NCBI GenBank assembly: GCA_951406725.2
Contig: OX597825.1
Coordinates: 22,692,001 to 22,756,000, forward strand
Length of the DNA stretch: 64,000 nt
Direction: 5' to 3'
Origin: Octopus vulgaris
Lineage: Eukaryota
The position numbers were made by a program, and so were the translations under genes. The stretch's first letter is position 1. Every line of letters starts with the position of its first letter. Under the pieces are notes generated by a model. The model was not told where the DNA came from. It did not search any database and saw nothing but the letters and a program-made list of their open reading frames with translations. Below are positions 41,290 to 54,843 of the stretch, piece by piece.

Positions 41290-41693
41290 GGCGCAGGAGT
41301 GGCTGTGTGGTAAGTAGCTTGCTAACCAACCACATGGCTCCGGGTTCAGTCCCACTGCGTGGCATCTTGGGCAAGTGTCTTCTGCTATAGCCCCGGGCCG
41401 ACCAATGCCTTGTGAGTGGATTTGGTAGACGGAAACTGAAAGAAGCCTGTCGTATGTATATATATATGTGTGTGTGTATGTGTGTTTGTGTTTGTGTGTC
41501 TGTGTTTGTCCCCCTAGCATTGCTTGACAACCGATGCTGGTGTGTTTACGTCCCCGTCACTTAGCGGTTCGGCAAAAGAGACCGATAGAATAAGTACTGG
41601 GCTTACAAAGAATAAGTCCCGGGGTCGATTTGCTCGACTAAAGGTGGTGCTCCAGCATGGCCACAGTCAAATGACTGAAACAAGTAAAAGAAA
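41290..41693 (+). mobile_element. SINE family A
   Basis: Full consensus match. Confidence 0.9.
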
Positions 41694-43583
41694 GATACCA
41701 AGTATTTCATCACTTATTGCAGTAGTCCTTCAGTTTTTCTAAACTGTATAAAAGAACTCGGAAGGTTGCACCTCCAGCCAAGCTTTTCGATATACCTATA
41801 AAGCCAAGAACTTTTCAACGACTTGTAGTTTCCTTTAAACTTCCATGTTGGTGTTATAAATTATACATTTTTGTTGTGACATGTAATATCTCCATGATTT
41901 TCTGCAGAAGATAAATTCAGCTACAGTAAATTTATATTCATGTACACAAACATTCATATTATTGACTAGGAGTGTTTAGTTCGTTACAAATAGCCTTCAC
42001 TAGCCATACTTGTCTAGACATATAGTATTAAAAATTCTCTGGAACGTTATGTATAACCGTAGAATGAAGAAGAAAAGAAAATCATAAAAATAATAATGCG
42101 ACTGAAATAATATTGTACGTAGCTACTTACATGGGAAATGTGCAATACACAATTAAGAAGCAACATCTTCATCCGATGTTGTTTATTACAAAGCATTGTA
42201 GAATATCCACTTCATGTTTTCTAAATGGCAAACAACAATACACGTGTAAAGATGTGTAAGTCTGTTAAGGAGGTATTGTATTTAACGTTATTGTTAATAT
42301 ATTGGGGTTTTTTTTTCCTTATCAGAGCAAACGACCAAGCTACCACTTCATTGGTAAACTACGAATAAACTGAAAAGTGGAAATTGCTTGTGCCGTTGGC
42401 TCAAATATTATATTCCATTGTATGCAACGTATTTGTATTGAACACATGCTTCAAAAAATTTGATTAGCGCTCACGCTGTTTAACGGCTAGGCAGAAATTT
42501 TTCGTAATAAATGCCTTGCTTTTTATTTAATATAATCATTTTCCTCTGTGTCGCAAATCTATTAACGTTGACTTCTTTTTCTTCTTTCTAAGATTCATAA
42601 AAAACAGTAAATATAAAATTCTTGAGATCGGTTTCTTTCCCAACGTCAAAACATATCTCTTTAAATAAGCCCGTTTTTATTTGTATGAAAATGTAAACGG
42701 CATTTACTACAAAACTGCGTTTTCTCATTGAAGCTGCTTCACTTTTAATTTCCTTTGTGTCATTTATACCCACGCGAATATATGCAGGGTGTTTCTTAGG
42801 AAACTTGCGAAAACAAAATGAACCAACAGTATTGAGACAAAATTAATAGTGCTTATAGAATTATAGACACCTCATAATCAGCTGTCACTTTCCTCGCAGA
42901 GTTTTTAAGCATTCCGAGCATTATACAACGTATGCAAGGGAGATATTTAACTGCTATTGTTATCAACAAAGACAGTAAACCGTGAAGACATTCGGGAGAG
43001 GAATTAATATCGAATCTTTAAAATTCAATATTCAGTGCATTAAACGGTTTTAGTGTTGGTCATCTTCAGAAAAATTTTATAATTTGAGGCCCGTGTTGAG
43101 GGACAAACATCTGCCTCATCGATCGATCTGCTACTCGAGGTAGCTAAATTCCTTTTATTTCATATTGTGTAGCATTTAAAACACGCCAGGCCGTAGATTG
43201 GTTAACGCAATGTCTGTCACTGTTAACAACTTTTTCAGAAATTCCCCAGGCATTTCAAAGATGTATATGTGTTTTGTGATGCAACGATGGCAGATAAAAC
43301 TTTACTGGTTTTATGCATTCATAAATAATATATTTTTTTTTTTAAACTGCGACCAGCTTTCATTGTGGTGGTCTATTCTTTTACTTGTTTCACTCACTGT
43401 ACTGCGGTCATGCTGGAACACCACCTTGAAGGGTTTTAGTCAAACAAATTGACTCCAGGGCCTATTTTTTAGTACTTATTCTATCGATATCCCTTGCTGA
43501 AGCGCTAACCTATGGAGACGTAAACACACCAACCCCGGTTGTCAATCTGTGATGGGTGAACAAACACTGACACAAAGATACAC

Positions 43584-43657
<74 letters not shown>

Positions 43658-43782
43658 TTATATATATATATATATACAGCGGGCTTCTTTCAGTTTCCTT
43701 CTGCAGAGTCAACTCCCAAGGCTATAGTAGGAGACACCTACCCAAGGTGCCTAGCGTTGGGACTAAACCCGGAACCATATGG

Positions 43783-44266
43783 CAATAATATATTACTAAA
43801 TCTCTCAGAGGGATTTATGCAGTAGCAGGACGATAAACGGTGTTTCCTAGGGCTAAATAACAGTAGCATTCTTCCCTTTAATGGGACTGTCACATTAAAT
43901 TGACAATATACTATCACTTTATCGAGCGTGTACTGCATAAATCTCTCTGAGAGATTTAGAAATATATTATTTCTATTTTCAAAAATCAGTGAATGTATTT
44001 CACTTGAAATATATATGCTTCCACAGACGGATGGGCATCGACAGGAAGCAGGCCATGCTACTCCACACTGATGAGGAGCAAGAACTCTGAAACTAGTCTC
44101 TGGTTGCTGGCTTTGCTGGGTGGAGGCGCTTGTCTCTAATTGGAATCATAAAAAAGACAGGAAATGCGTCAAGTCCAACAGGAAACGCGTCAAGTCCAAC
44201 AGGAAACAGTTGCATTTTTCCTTTTATCAGACTGTCACAATAAGTTGACAACATCTTATCACATTA
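43783..44266 (+). mobile_element. Non-autonomous Penelope-like/retrozyme insertion with a hammerhead
   Basis: 14-bp target duplication, internal inverted and direct repeats, HHR core. Confidence 0.75.
44063..44103 (+). ncRNA. Minimal type I hammerhead ribozyme
   Basis: CCACA-CTGATGA-GGAG-CAAGAA-CTCT-GAAA-CTAG-TC-TCTGG: canonical core, GUC site, palindromic stem III. Confidence 0.8.
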
Positions 44267-45259
44267 CCGGAACCTTATGGTTGTGAAACAAGCTTCTTAC
44301 CACGGCCACTCCCGCCCCTATACAAAAATATTTTTATGGGAAAATTTATTATTTTGGTCGGCATTTATGTGAATAGGGAAAAATCTAATATTCTGTATTG
44401 AGAATGCATCAGGTCAGCTGCAGTACTTTTGAAATCACTCCTATACAAAATGGAACATTCTTGAGTATAACACGCAAGCCTTATGTGAAAAATTTAGACA
44501 TGAAATACAACTGACTTTGTGCACACGGTCACATATCCAGCTTTCAAATATAATATCATACAACTTCATTAAAATCATTTGAGCCATTCGACATGTTTTG
44601 TCCACTAAAGATTTATGTTTTTTGAGGAATATTAACTAGTTTTAGAATTGTAGAATGTTATCACTAATTCATGTATATATTGGATTCGAAGGTATAATTA
44701 GCTAATTTGAATATTCAAATATGTATTTAACTTGTTCCTATTGTAAATTATACTGCATAGCCCAAGTCCTTGCAAACACCAAGTTTAAGTCAGTGAAGGA
44801 TTGCTTACATAATTTGTGTTATCTCATTTGTACATACTAACGAGCTCCAATTGTTCATTATCCAATCTTCCCTACGTTTGGGGAGGCAGAAATATTTTAC
44901 AATTTTCGAGGGTTTGCTGTAGAAAACGCAATAAATAACGTATTTCATTTGTTTATAAACTGAAAAGATCATGGCACCCATTCTGCATTTTAGTTAATTT
45001 ATACACAAAGAGGATAAAATGAACAGGATTTAAATCAGTGAAATGACAATGTTTAACCAAATTGCATTTCAATGCAGGTTACCCATGGTTTTGAAAGAGG
45101 TTTAAATCAAATTAACGACAGAAAACTTTATGCAATATGCATAATTTTACGAGTATTCATAAATACAAAATGTATGCATATCTAATCTCCGCCATTTATA
45201 ATAAATATGACTGAATTTGTCGAACTTATTTCTATAACGTAAATCATATACTTAATATC

Positions 45260-45314
<55 letters not shown>

Positions 45315-45704
45315 TGCCTATTCCAGCCTCAAGGGGAAAATCATTAAAACCCAGGACAAACAACTTGTATCTTTTGGGGTATTAAATCCCGCTCTGGTTA
45401 ACTATGTCTTCCATCATTTGAACATATAAAAGGAGATACCAGTCAAGTGGAGGTGATTCTAGTTTTGAGTATTACAGTCAGAATCGATTATGCTATGCTT
45501 TCGGAATGTCACACACAAGATTTACGGGAACCAATGTAATTTCTTTTCAACTCCTATTTTACAAACTTGGTAAAACATGGCCCCCGTGGACCGACACAGC
45601 TGCAGTACGACACGAAGGTGTTGAAGATATCAAATTATCTGTAGGATAGGATTCCGGAAAATTCGATTGTCTGCTTGAGAGAGTATGTGTGTGTGTGTGT
45701 GTAT

Positions 45705-46065
45705 TTAGTCATATGGAGAAAAATGTGCATTTTCACGTAGAAATATAGAATTATACGCAAGAATATTTTGGCTTTTGAAAATGCAGCTAAATGTCAAAAC
45801 GTGTAGTCGTTTTTAAATTGTTAAATAGATTTAACCTATTGGGATTCTGATGCATTTTCGAACCCCTGAACAAATTCTATATTTGTTTTGGAGTTTGAGA
45901 ATGCAACATAGAATTTATTTTAAGGTTTGAAAATGCACCTGATTCTTAAAAATTTTAATCTATTTAAAAACTTTAAAAATGTTTACATGTTTTGAGATTC
46001 AGATGCGTTTTCCCTAACACAAGATAAATTCTCCGATATAATTTTATATATATACAAGATGACTC
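45705..46065. mobile_element. Degenerate palindromic MITE-like element
   Basis: GAAAATGCAGCTAAATGTCAAAACGTGTA..TTAAATAGATT pairs with AATCTATTTAA..TACATGTTTTGAGATTCAGATGCGTTTTC; inner GCATTTTCGAACC/GGTTTGAAAATGC. Confidence 0.6.
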
Positions 46066-46560
46066 TCGGCTCTTTAATGGAGTATGATTTTTTCAGTGGC
46101 AACAGAAACAAATTTGTTAAAGCTACCTACATATAACTCACAAGTTATGCATGAAAAGAATTCCATGTATTCTAAATTAGTGACTTCAGTGATATTTACA
46201 GTTTAATTATTGTTATTTACAAGCAGAATAAATAAATGGGAAATAACTATAAAAAAATGGATAAATAAATAGTGTTTATGTAAAAATTTGATTCAGAAAC
46301 ATTGCTAGCGTCAAATTTCTTACAGTTGAGAGAATTATAAAAGAGTTAGAGATAATCTATAAGTTATCTGACCAGAAATTTCTTTTTAGTATAGCAGAAT
46401 TTTGCCAAACTTTTCCGCACAGACGACATAAAACGCTCGATTTATCTCCAAAGGCTGATACAAATTGACATAGAGACATTTTATGTACCTATTCAGTCTA
46501 GATTCGCCACTGTAAATTTTATTAGAAACAACGCAAGTTAGTTCAACCATATATGTATAA

Positions 46561-46626
<66 letters not shown>

Positions 46627-47515
46627 GCATATGCATATTTTTGTACGTAGTTTTATATATACATGTATAATTTATACGTCTGTCTATATGGATATATGAC
46701 TGATACACAGACAAGCATTTACAAGTGTCCGTGTGATGTTGTTTACATCTTTGTAAAAGTACGTATGAACTCTGGTCTGAGAAATAAGGCAAATTTTCCT
46801 CAAACCATTAAATGTTAGAACTAATGAAATAGATCCGAACAATACGAACAACGGCGTATTCTTTGAATCGGATAATCAACATCATTTCAATAGTTGGTGT
46901 GAACACATCTAAAAACTACATGATATGTGGAATAAAAAGACATTAAGACCAAAGATTTCTCTGTAGCTAATACTATAGAAATTCTTTGGCAAGTTTATTG
47001 ACAGCTTAGAGCTTATGTACGTGTGTATACATACGCGTGTGTATACATAGACACATACATATATAAATACGTACGTATGTACATACATCTATGCATTCAT
47101 ACGTACACGCAGACATAAGTACATGTATGCTCACATGCATACATATATACATACCTAAATATATACATACGTACATACATGCATACATACATACACGCAT
47201 ACATACATACTTACATACAAACATACATACATACATACATACATACAAACATTCATAAATGCTTAGGTATACATACTTACATGCATGTATTTCACGTCTT
47301 AAAACCTTTCGAGTGTTCAGAGAACACTGAGCAGCAATCTGTCGACATTTTGATACGCACCGCTAATTATTATGGTACTGGCAACTCTTTTAGGATATTG
47401 AGATGGCTTCCTGCCCGCAATGGCAGTTAACTTTTCCTCAACAACAACTTTAATATATTTGCTCACAAACGCCGTTCACTGCTCACTAATAAAGCAAGCT
47501 GTTCCTGAAAAAAAC

Positions 47516-47557
<42 letters not shown>

Positions 47558-47707
47558 ATAGTATATTGTAGCGATAAATTAATATTATGATATATTAAAT
47601 ACGTTATAATACTGGTCGCTAAACTAATTAAAGACCCACAAGATGGAATACATAAATAAGGGTGCAAAATAGGACATGCAATTGCTACATATAAAGACTA
47701 TAAGATA

Positions 47708-47753
<46 letters not shown>

Positions 47754-47878
47754 ATACATATATATGTATGTATGTATGTATATACATATATATATATGTA
47801 TATATGTATATACATATATATGCATGTGTGTGCGTATGTATGGCTACATTACATGTGGCTTGCTCCTGTTGAATTTTC

Positions 47879-47922
<44 letters not shown>

Positions 47923-49304
47923 CGTGAGTGGGACTTGTTAAAGCATCCTGAATTTCAGTTTTCTAGGACATACTCTCAGTGCTCGAAAATATATCACATT
48001 TTAAATTATTCGAAAGAGCATACTCCATTTCTCTTTAGGAAGTTTTACTGGCAACTGGACAAAAATAAAAAGCAAAACTTTTCTAGCTACGTGTAGACAA
48101 ATAATAAATGATCATTTTAGCACTGCGCCTATCAGCTAATCCTGTGTAAAACATATATTGAAATGTTCCGAATAATAGATTTTGGAGTGCTGTATAGTGT
48201 AGTGTGTACACCCCGCCCCCAAGGAAGCAAGAATTAATTTATCATTAAAAGTATTTTGAGCGTTAATAAAATAACTGGAAAATGATAACTATTCAACATG
48301 ATTGATTTATAACAATACCATAAAATAAGAATGCTCAATCTAAAAGCTATATATTTTATAGTTGTTAGCTGCAAAACACAGCGAAATTCGTTTCTTTAAT
48401 TCGTTTACATAAAATACATTTCAGTTAGTTTTACAACAGTTTTGTTGTTGTCTGATGTTAATAGTGAATTAAACGTCTTTATGTCTCAAATTTTCTGAAC
48501 CAAAAGACAAAGCGGTTGCTTTTATGATATGAGACAGGGTTTAACGTATAATTAGAAAGAATTACAGTAACACATGATTCTAGCCACTGGTACAATTTCT
48601 AACTTTTCAAATTATATACCTAGTTCGTTGAAATGAGCAGACGTTAAAGTTATAAATGAACGCTACCAATGTTAATACGATAATAATTTCTACTGAGAAA
48701 TGGCTATATAATAAGGAGACAGATTAAGTTTATAAAAGGAATTTAAGTATAAGGCTCTCAGCTGCTCACAATTACACCCTGCCAATTTATAACGTAGAAT
48801 TATATATGCGTCTGTGCGTGTTTGCGCAGAAAAAAAAACATACACATATATGTATGTGTGTGTGAGAGAGAGAGAGAGACAAACATAGGCAGAAAGATAT
48901 AGACAAACAGAGTGAGTGAGTGTGTGTATGTGTATACACAAAGGTACATATGTATGTAAAAACATATATTTTAAACTCAATAATATCGTCTATAATATAT
49001 ATCCTCTAAGAAGAAACAAAGTATCTGAGAGTATCTTAAATGATTACCTAGTAGGTCTTTTGAATTGACATACATATTTACAAATGCATACAAACACACT
49101 CACACACTAACGCACACGTACATACATGAATATATACATATCTGCATACATGATGCATTAATATATACGTATATACATACAAAAATATATACCTATATAT
49201 ACACATATATATAGATATGTACGTATGTATATATATACATACACATATATATGTATGTATGTAGATACGGATGTGTGTGTGCGTGTCTGTGTGTGAGTCT
49301 GTGT

Positions 49305-49386
<82 letters not shown>

Positions 49387-49611
49387 AATAACTTCACTGT
49401 CAGTAGCGCTAAACTTAAATTTTTGAATAAAAAGAGCAAAATAAATGAAATTTATCTTCTAATTGCTGAAGAGTTTCACTTATTTTATATTCTAGTTCAA
49501 TAAGCGCTTTCACTTTAAAATTGGATTTGCAACAGCAAGCCAATTTCCTATCTGAGCTTCCTACAATAAAACTTAAATAACTAATTATAATAATAATATC
49601 AACAACAACAC

Positions 49612-49686
<75 letters not shown>

Positions 49687-50689
49687 GTGGAACTGCAAGC
49701 ATACTTGAAAAATGACCAGTAAACTAGTATCATTGTACTTTGTTGGCTGTGAACAGCTGACACGTTCCACTTTTCCCAGCCCAGGAAAATAAGCTGAGAG
49801 TTTTCATCAAGCAATAATAATAGATGTTAAGTATAACCCTATGTATCGTTATATATTCTTAATTCTACATGTCTACAAACCTCAGACATCCATGTTTCCG
49901 TAGAACTAAGCACTATGTTTCAGCATAATGGCCAATACGTTTAGAGCTTTCCAACTATGCTGGCGTAGGTGTCAATGAGCCCCCATCAAACTCTTGATTT
50001 GCAGAATATCCCCATTTGTAAGAACACCCTATAAAATGGGAACTTTTTGCAGAATAAGCCCACAGCTAAACTGTATAACTAGAAATGTAGTCTACAGTAT
50101 AATGTACACAGAGGGACGATACAGCACGATACAGGACAGAGACGTACGTTGGAGAAAAGGCCCGTAGTATAGGTGACAAGATAGATGTGTACTGACGGGA
50201 ACTGAAGGAGAAAGCTTGTCAGTGCTATACCAAAATGCTCAATTAGAACATGGCGTCTTGGTTGATAATATAGCTGTTTGGATCTTATCTCTACGCAGAG
50301 AGATAACGGGTACCACACACGTAATAGAAAATATCCCGAGCCGCAAAAGAAAAGGTGAATGGAGTAATAATACCTACTCACACCGCCACATTATGCAACC
50401 TGAGCGAAATATTAATAAGTGAAAGATACGGGTACAATGAGTGTAATATACACCCACATAGGACACATATACACATGCTAGACACATAGACACAGATACA
50501 CAAAGATACAGACATGAATGCATGCGCAGTTAGGGATGCATACCACAGAATGCAAAATAGAACAGACAGGGCAAGACCATAGAGAAGAGGAGATACGAGG
50601 GACAGAAAGTCATTGAAGTGGACACAGAATGTTTGACGAAAAATCTCTAACAAATAAATTAACAACAATAACAATAATATAAACGATAA

Positions 50690-51020
50690 TAATCAAAGGT
50701 GGTAGAGGCCTTATGCAACTAGAAAAATATTACAAAATAACCACCATAGGACTACAGAAATGCCTACTTAAGAAGCAAAGAAAACTAATACAAATAACCA
50801 CAAAACGTGAACAAACAAAAAACTGTTGTCAGTCTTTAAGGAAGCTGGCAAATACAAAAATGAAGTCATAGTACCTAACAACTATGAAGTAGAAACAACA
50901 AAAGCTGTAAAACAACTGAAGTCTAAACTAAAGCAGGAACAGCAACGAATTATTATAAAACGATGACAAGAAAAGCCCCTTCATAGCAAATATTGGTTTA
51001 AACTAAACAGAAAAGCAATA
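50690..51020 (+). pseudogene. R4/Dong-type RT C-terminal fragment
   Basis: IKGGRGLMQLEKYYKITTIGLQK...KR*QEKPLHSKYW. Confidence 0.75.
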
Positions 51021-51828
51021 GATATATATGACATTCCAGTTTGATTTCCTTAAATATCTTAATTAATTCTCTCTTTTTCTTGTTAAATGAATATTAATGC
51101 CGTATTAAATTTTTTATGATTTTCTTTTATTTTTATTTTTATTGACGTAAAAGTAGAATATATGTGTGTGTGTGTGTGTGTCTGAATGTATATATATACA
51201 TATATTTATATATACCGTATCATGAAAATTATTATACGTCTTGTGAATATCGATTAGATATTAAATATGGATGGAGATATAGTGAGGAATATAGACAGTA
51301 ACTTCGCTGATGATGTGATGCGGATTTTCGGTGTCAGTGTGATAAGAAAAGATGGTTAAAGGTCAAGTGTTGCTATTTCAAAATGAAATTTTAATGAGAT
51401 GTCTATTGGAAGGTAATGAGATTATACACACGCCAATTTCACAATTACACCAAATTAAGGCATCTCATGAAAAGATTTGAGCAGATTCAAATGTTGCAGA
51501 CACTTCTGTCACTAATGGGGGATTTTTATTTTATTTTTGTTTTCTTTTTCTTTTGACTTTTTCCTTTCCTCTCTGTCTTTCTAATTCTCTTGTGTAGAAC
51601 TTAATTCTAAAACGCATTTCAGCATTTTAACGGATTTTAGCTAGTGTGGGAATATAAACAATATACGTTCGATAATTTAGTCACATTTTTATGTTGCTGA
51701 TGTTGTTGTTGTTTTGTATGTCGTCGACGTTATTGTTGTTACTATTGTCGTTGTAGCTCACTAACATCCAATCAAAATATCATTGAATAAATGAGTCGAA
51801 TAACTTAATCAGACTTACATGTAAATAA

Positions 51829-52626
51829 GGCAGCGAGATGGCAGAAACGTTAGCACGCCGGGCGAAATACTTAGCGGTATTTCGTCTGCTGCTACGTCCT
51901 GAGTTCAAATTCCGACGAGATCGACTCTGCCTTTCATCCTTTCGGGGTCGATTAAATAAGTACCAGTTACGCACTGGAGTCGATATAGTCAACGTTTGTC
52001 TGTCCTTGTTTATCCTCTCTGTGTTTAGCCCCTTGTGGGTAGTAAAGAAATAGATATTTCGTCTGCCGTTACGTTCTGAGTTCAAATTCCCCGAAGTCCA
52101 CTTTGCCTTTCATCCTTTCGGGGTCGATAAATTAAGTACCAGTTACGGACTGAGGTCAATGTAATCGACTTAATCCGTTTGTCTGTTCTTGTTTCTCCTC
52201 TCTGTGTTTAGCTCCTTGTGGGTAGTTAAGAAATAGATATTTCGTCCGTCTCTACGTTCTGAATTCAAATTCCTTCGAGGTCGACTTTGCCTTTCATCCT
52301 GTCGTGATCTATGAAGCGAGTACCAACTTAGCAATGGGGTCGATCGAATCGACTTATCCTTCCCAGGAAATTGCTGGCCCTGTGCCAAAATTTGAATTCA
52401 ATCTTAAGTGTAAATTTAAGGCAGCGAGCTGGTAGAATCGTTAGCACGCTGGTCGAAATTATTAGCGGCATCTCGTACGCCTTTACTTTCTAAATTCAAA
52501 TTCCGCCGGGGTTGAATTTGACTTTCATCTGTTAGGGTCAGTAAAATGAATACCAGTACAGGACTTGATGTAACTAACTTATCCCCTACCCAAATCTTGC
52601 TGGCCTTTCGTTTATGATATGAAACC
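51829..52626 (+). mobile_element. SINE family B trimer (51829-52398) plus monomer (52420-52626)
   Basis: Meta-like domain repeated. Confidence 0.85.
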
Positions 52627-52767
52627 AGTAACAGGTGTGAAATTGTAAAAACTAATGGTAGCTGATGGAACAAACGATAAAATTATAAATAAAGCATCTT
52701 ACAGCTTATACCTCTTTTTCTGATCGATCTAAGTTCAATCCAAGGGGCGGTCAGTTTAACTTCTATT

Positions 52768-52962
52768 GATTTCAAATTTTGGCATAAGGCCAACAAGTCT
52801 GGGGGTGGAGGTAATTCGATTACATCGATCCCAGCGTTTAACTGGTTCTTATTTTATCGACTGAGAAAAGATGAAAAGCCAAGTCGACATCGGTGGAATT
52901 TGAACTCAGAACGTAAAGACGGACGAAATAAGGCTAAGGAGTTTGCCCGCCGTGCTAACGTT
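52768..52962 (-). mobile_element. SINE family B
   Basis: Reverse complement of the consensus. Confidence 0.75.
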
Positions 52963-53624
52963 TTCACTTTTACTTATATTAGTGCCGAGATTCAAAAGAT
53001 TAGCTTCATCCTTAACAAAGGCGTGAGGTCTTGTAGAAAGCATTACATTATCTGAATTCCCGAAGAAAATGTTTATAGAACTTATTAGAGCCCTTTACGT
53101 TCTGTACTTAAATGTCCCCGTGATCAACGTTTCGTATAAAATTGTATGGTGAGGAATCCTACATTGGGAAGTAGTAGCAATTAGAGTAGGGTAGCTGTCT
53201 GCTTATTATGATCATTCATCGTTTGACTTCCTGCAGCTTTGCTCTCTTTTACAAACCCAGTGGACATACATATATTTCCTATTTCAAAGAAATTGAAACA
53301 ATACATATAAGACCCATGTTAAAAATATTCCCAACAATTCAACTTCTCTGGTTGACATTAAGACACCCACCCCCAATAGGGGCCTTAACTCCCACATTTC
53401 AAAGCTCCGTGACCTCCATTTTTCAGGAGCAAAATTTTTTTAACAGGTTCCATAAGACTGGAATTTGGGAATCTGCGTATAAAGATCAGTAGTACGGGAT
53501 ACATGTGTCATGATTAGAATTCTGTTAGGGTGTGTAAAGAGGGAAAGAACCCTCATCTGCAATTCGAATCATAGATATTCCAATTCTTTAGAGAAAATAT
53601 AACAGAAATGTCTAATTCTTCAAT

Positions 53625-53663
53625 TGCCTGTAACACGGGCAACGCCAGGTATCTCTGCTAGTA
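53625..53663 (+). mobile_element. Helitron-like 3' terminus (body probably extends upstream)
   Basis: ACACGGGCAACGCCAGGTATCTCTGCTAGT, homologous to the end at 1725-1755 and to 63155-63174. Confidence 0.6.
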
Positions 53664-53664
53664 T

Positions 53665-53667
53665 ATA

Positions 53668-53700
<33 letters not shown>

Positions 53701-53910
53701 ATCTATGTGCCTGTGTCTGTGTTTGTCGCCCCACCATCGATTAACAATCGATGTTGGTGTGTTTACGTCCTCGTAACTTAGCAGTTCGGTACAAAAGACC
53801 GATAGAATAAGTATTAGGCTTACAAAGAATAAGTCCCGATGTCGAGTCGTTCGACTAAAGGCGGTGCTCCAGCATGGCTGCAATCAGTCTATTGAAACAA
53901 ACAAAAGAGT
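53665..53910 (+). mobile_element. SINE family A, 3' half
   Basis: Matches the consensus from the microsatellite to the tail. Confidence 0.8.
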
Positions 53911-54354
53911 TTTATCCACTTCCTCTAACCACTACAGCATATCAGTATCTTTATCAGTAAATTCGAAAGAAATCTAAGTATTTCAACGGCGTCTCTACTG
54001 CAAAACAGAATATTCTTCCGTATGATTAATAACAGGAAAGACTATAAAACAACTCTAATAATGCCTCGCGAGTGTATGAAGCGATTATAAGAATCTGTAC
54101 GTGAACCTGTACACGTTATGGATTCAGATTAGTGGAGAATAATTATAAGATGACAGTTTAACTCTCCCGAAGGTAAAATTTCGCATCATTCAACTACTGC
54201 TCTTATCTATATGCAGATTGCTATGGTTTTGCAATAAATCTATTAGGTTTCTTATATTTTCTTGGGAAGAAATATATAATATACAAGAACTATATAACAT
54301 AATGTAGTTGAGCAATGCCAAAATGGAATTTTCGAACTGGTTTACATAATATCA

Positions 54355-54783
54355 TCTACTTCTTTGAGTCATTGGACTGCAGCCATGGTGAGGCACCGAC
54401 GTGAATGGTGTGGAATAAAATAAATCGACCCCAGTATTGATTATATGTTGAAGTTTGTTTGTTATTCTGTTGTCCCCTTTAACCGAACCTCTACGTTACA
54501 GGAGTATATACAAGCCTACGTTGGTTGGAAGAAATGGTAGCAAGGCAAACAGGAAGACACACTCACAAGCACATGCGTACCTGTATGCACCTGACAACCG
54601 GTGTTGGTGAGTTTACGTCCTCTTAACATAGCGGTTCGTCAAAAGAGATCGATAGAGTAATTACCACATTTCAAGATAGTAAGTACTGGGGTCGATTACT
54701 TCGAATAAAAATTTAAGGCGGTGCCCCAGTATGGCTGCAGTCTAATAACCGTAACAACTGAAATAGTAAAAGAATAAAAGAAT
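54355..54783. mobile_element. Two degenerate SINE family A 3' halves in opposite orientations
   Basis: 54355-54570 minus, 54590-54783 plus. Confidence 0.6.
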
Positions 54784-54793
54784 GTATATATAT

Positions 54794-54843
<50 letters not shown>

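Larger units (their letters stand above)
43376..44320 (-). mobile_element. SINE family A interrupted by a ~485-bp insertion
   Basis: SINE sequence stops at CCGGAACCATATGG (43769-43782) and resumes at CCGGAACCTTATGG (44267-44280). Confidence 0.8.

Noticed and set aside
46094-46512. CAGTGGC/GCCACTG hAT-like terminal repeats
   Set aside because: Only 7 bp and no matching 8-bp target duplication.
49800-50060. Possible RTE RT remnant on the minus strand (..STETW..)
   Set aside because: Too degenerate to call.
50185-50226. CTGA...GAAAGCTTGTC hammerhead-like words
   Set aside because: No CUGANGA with a pairable stem II.
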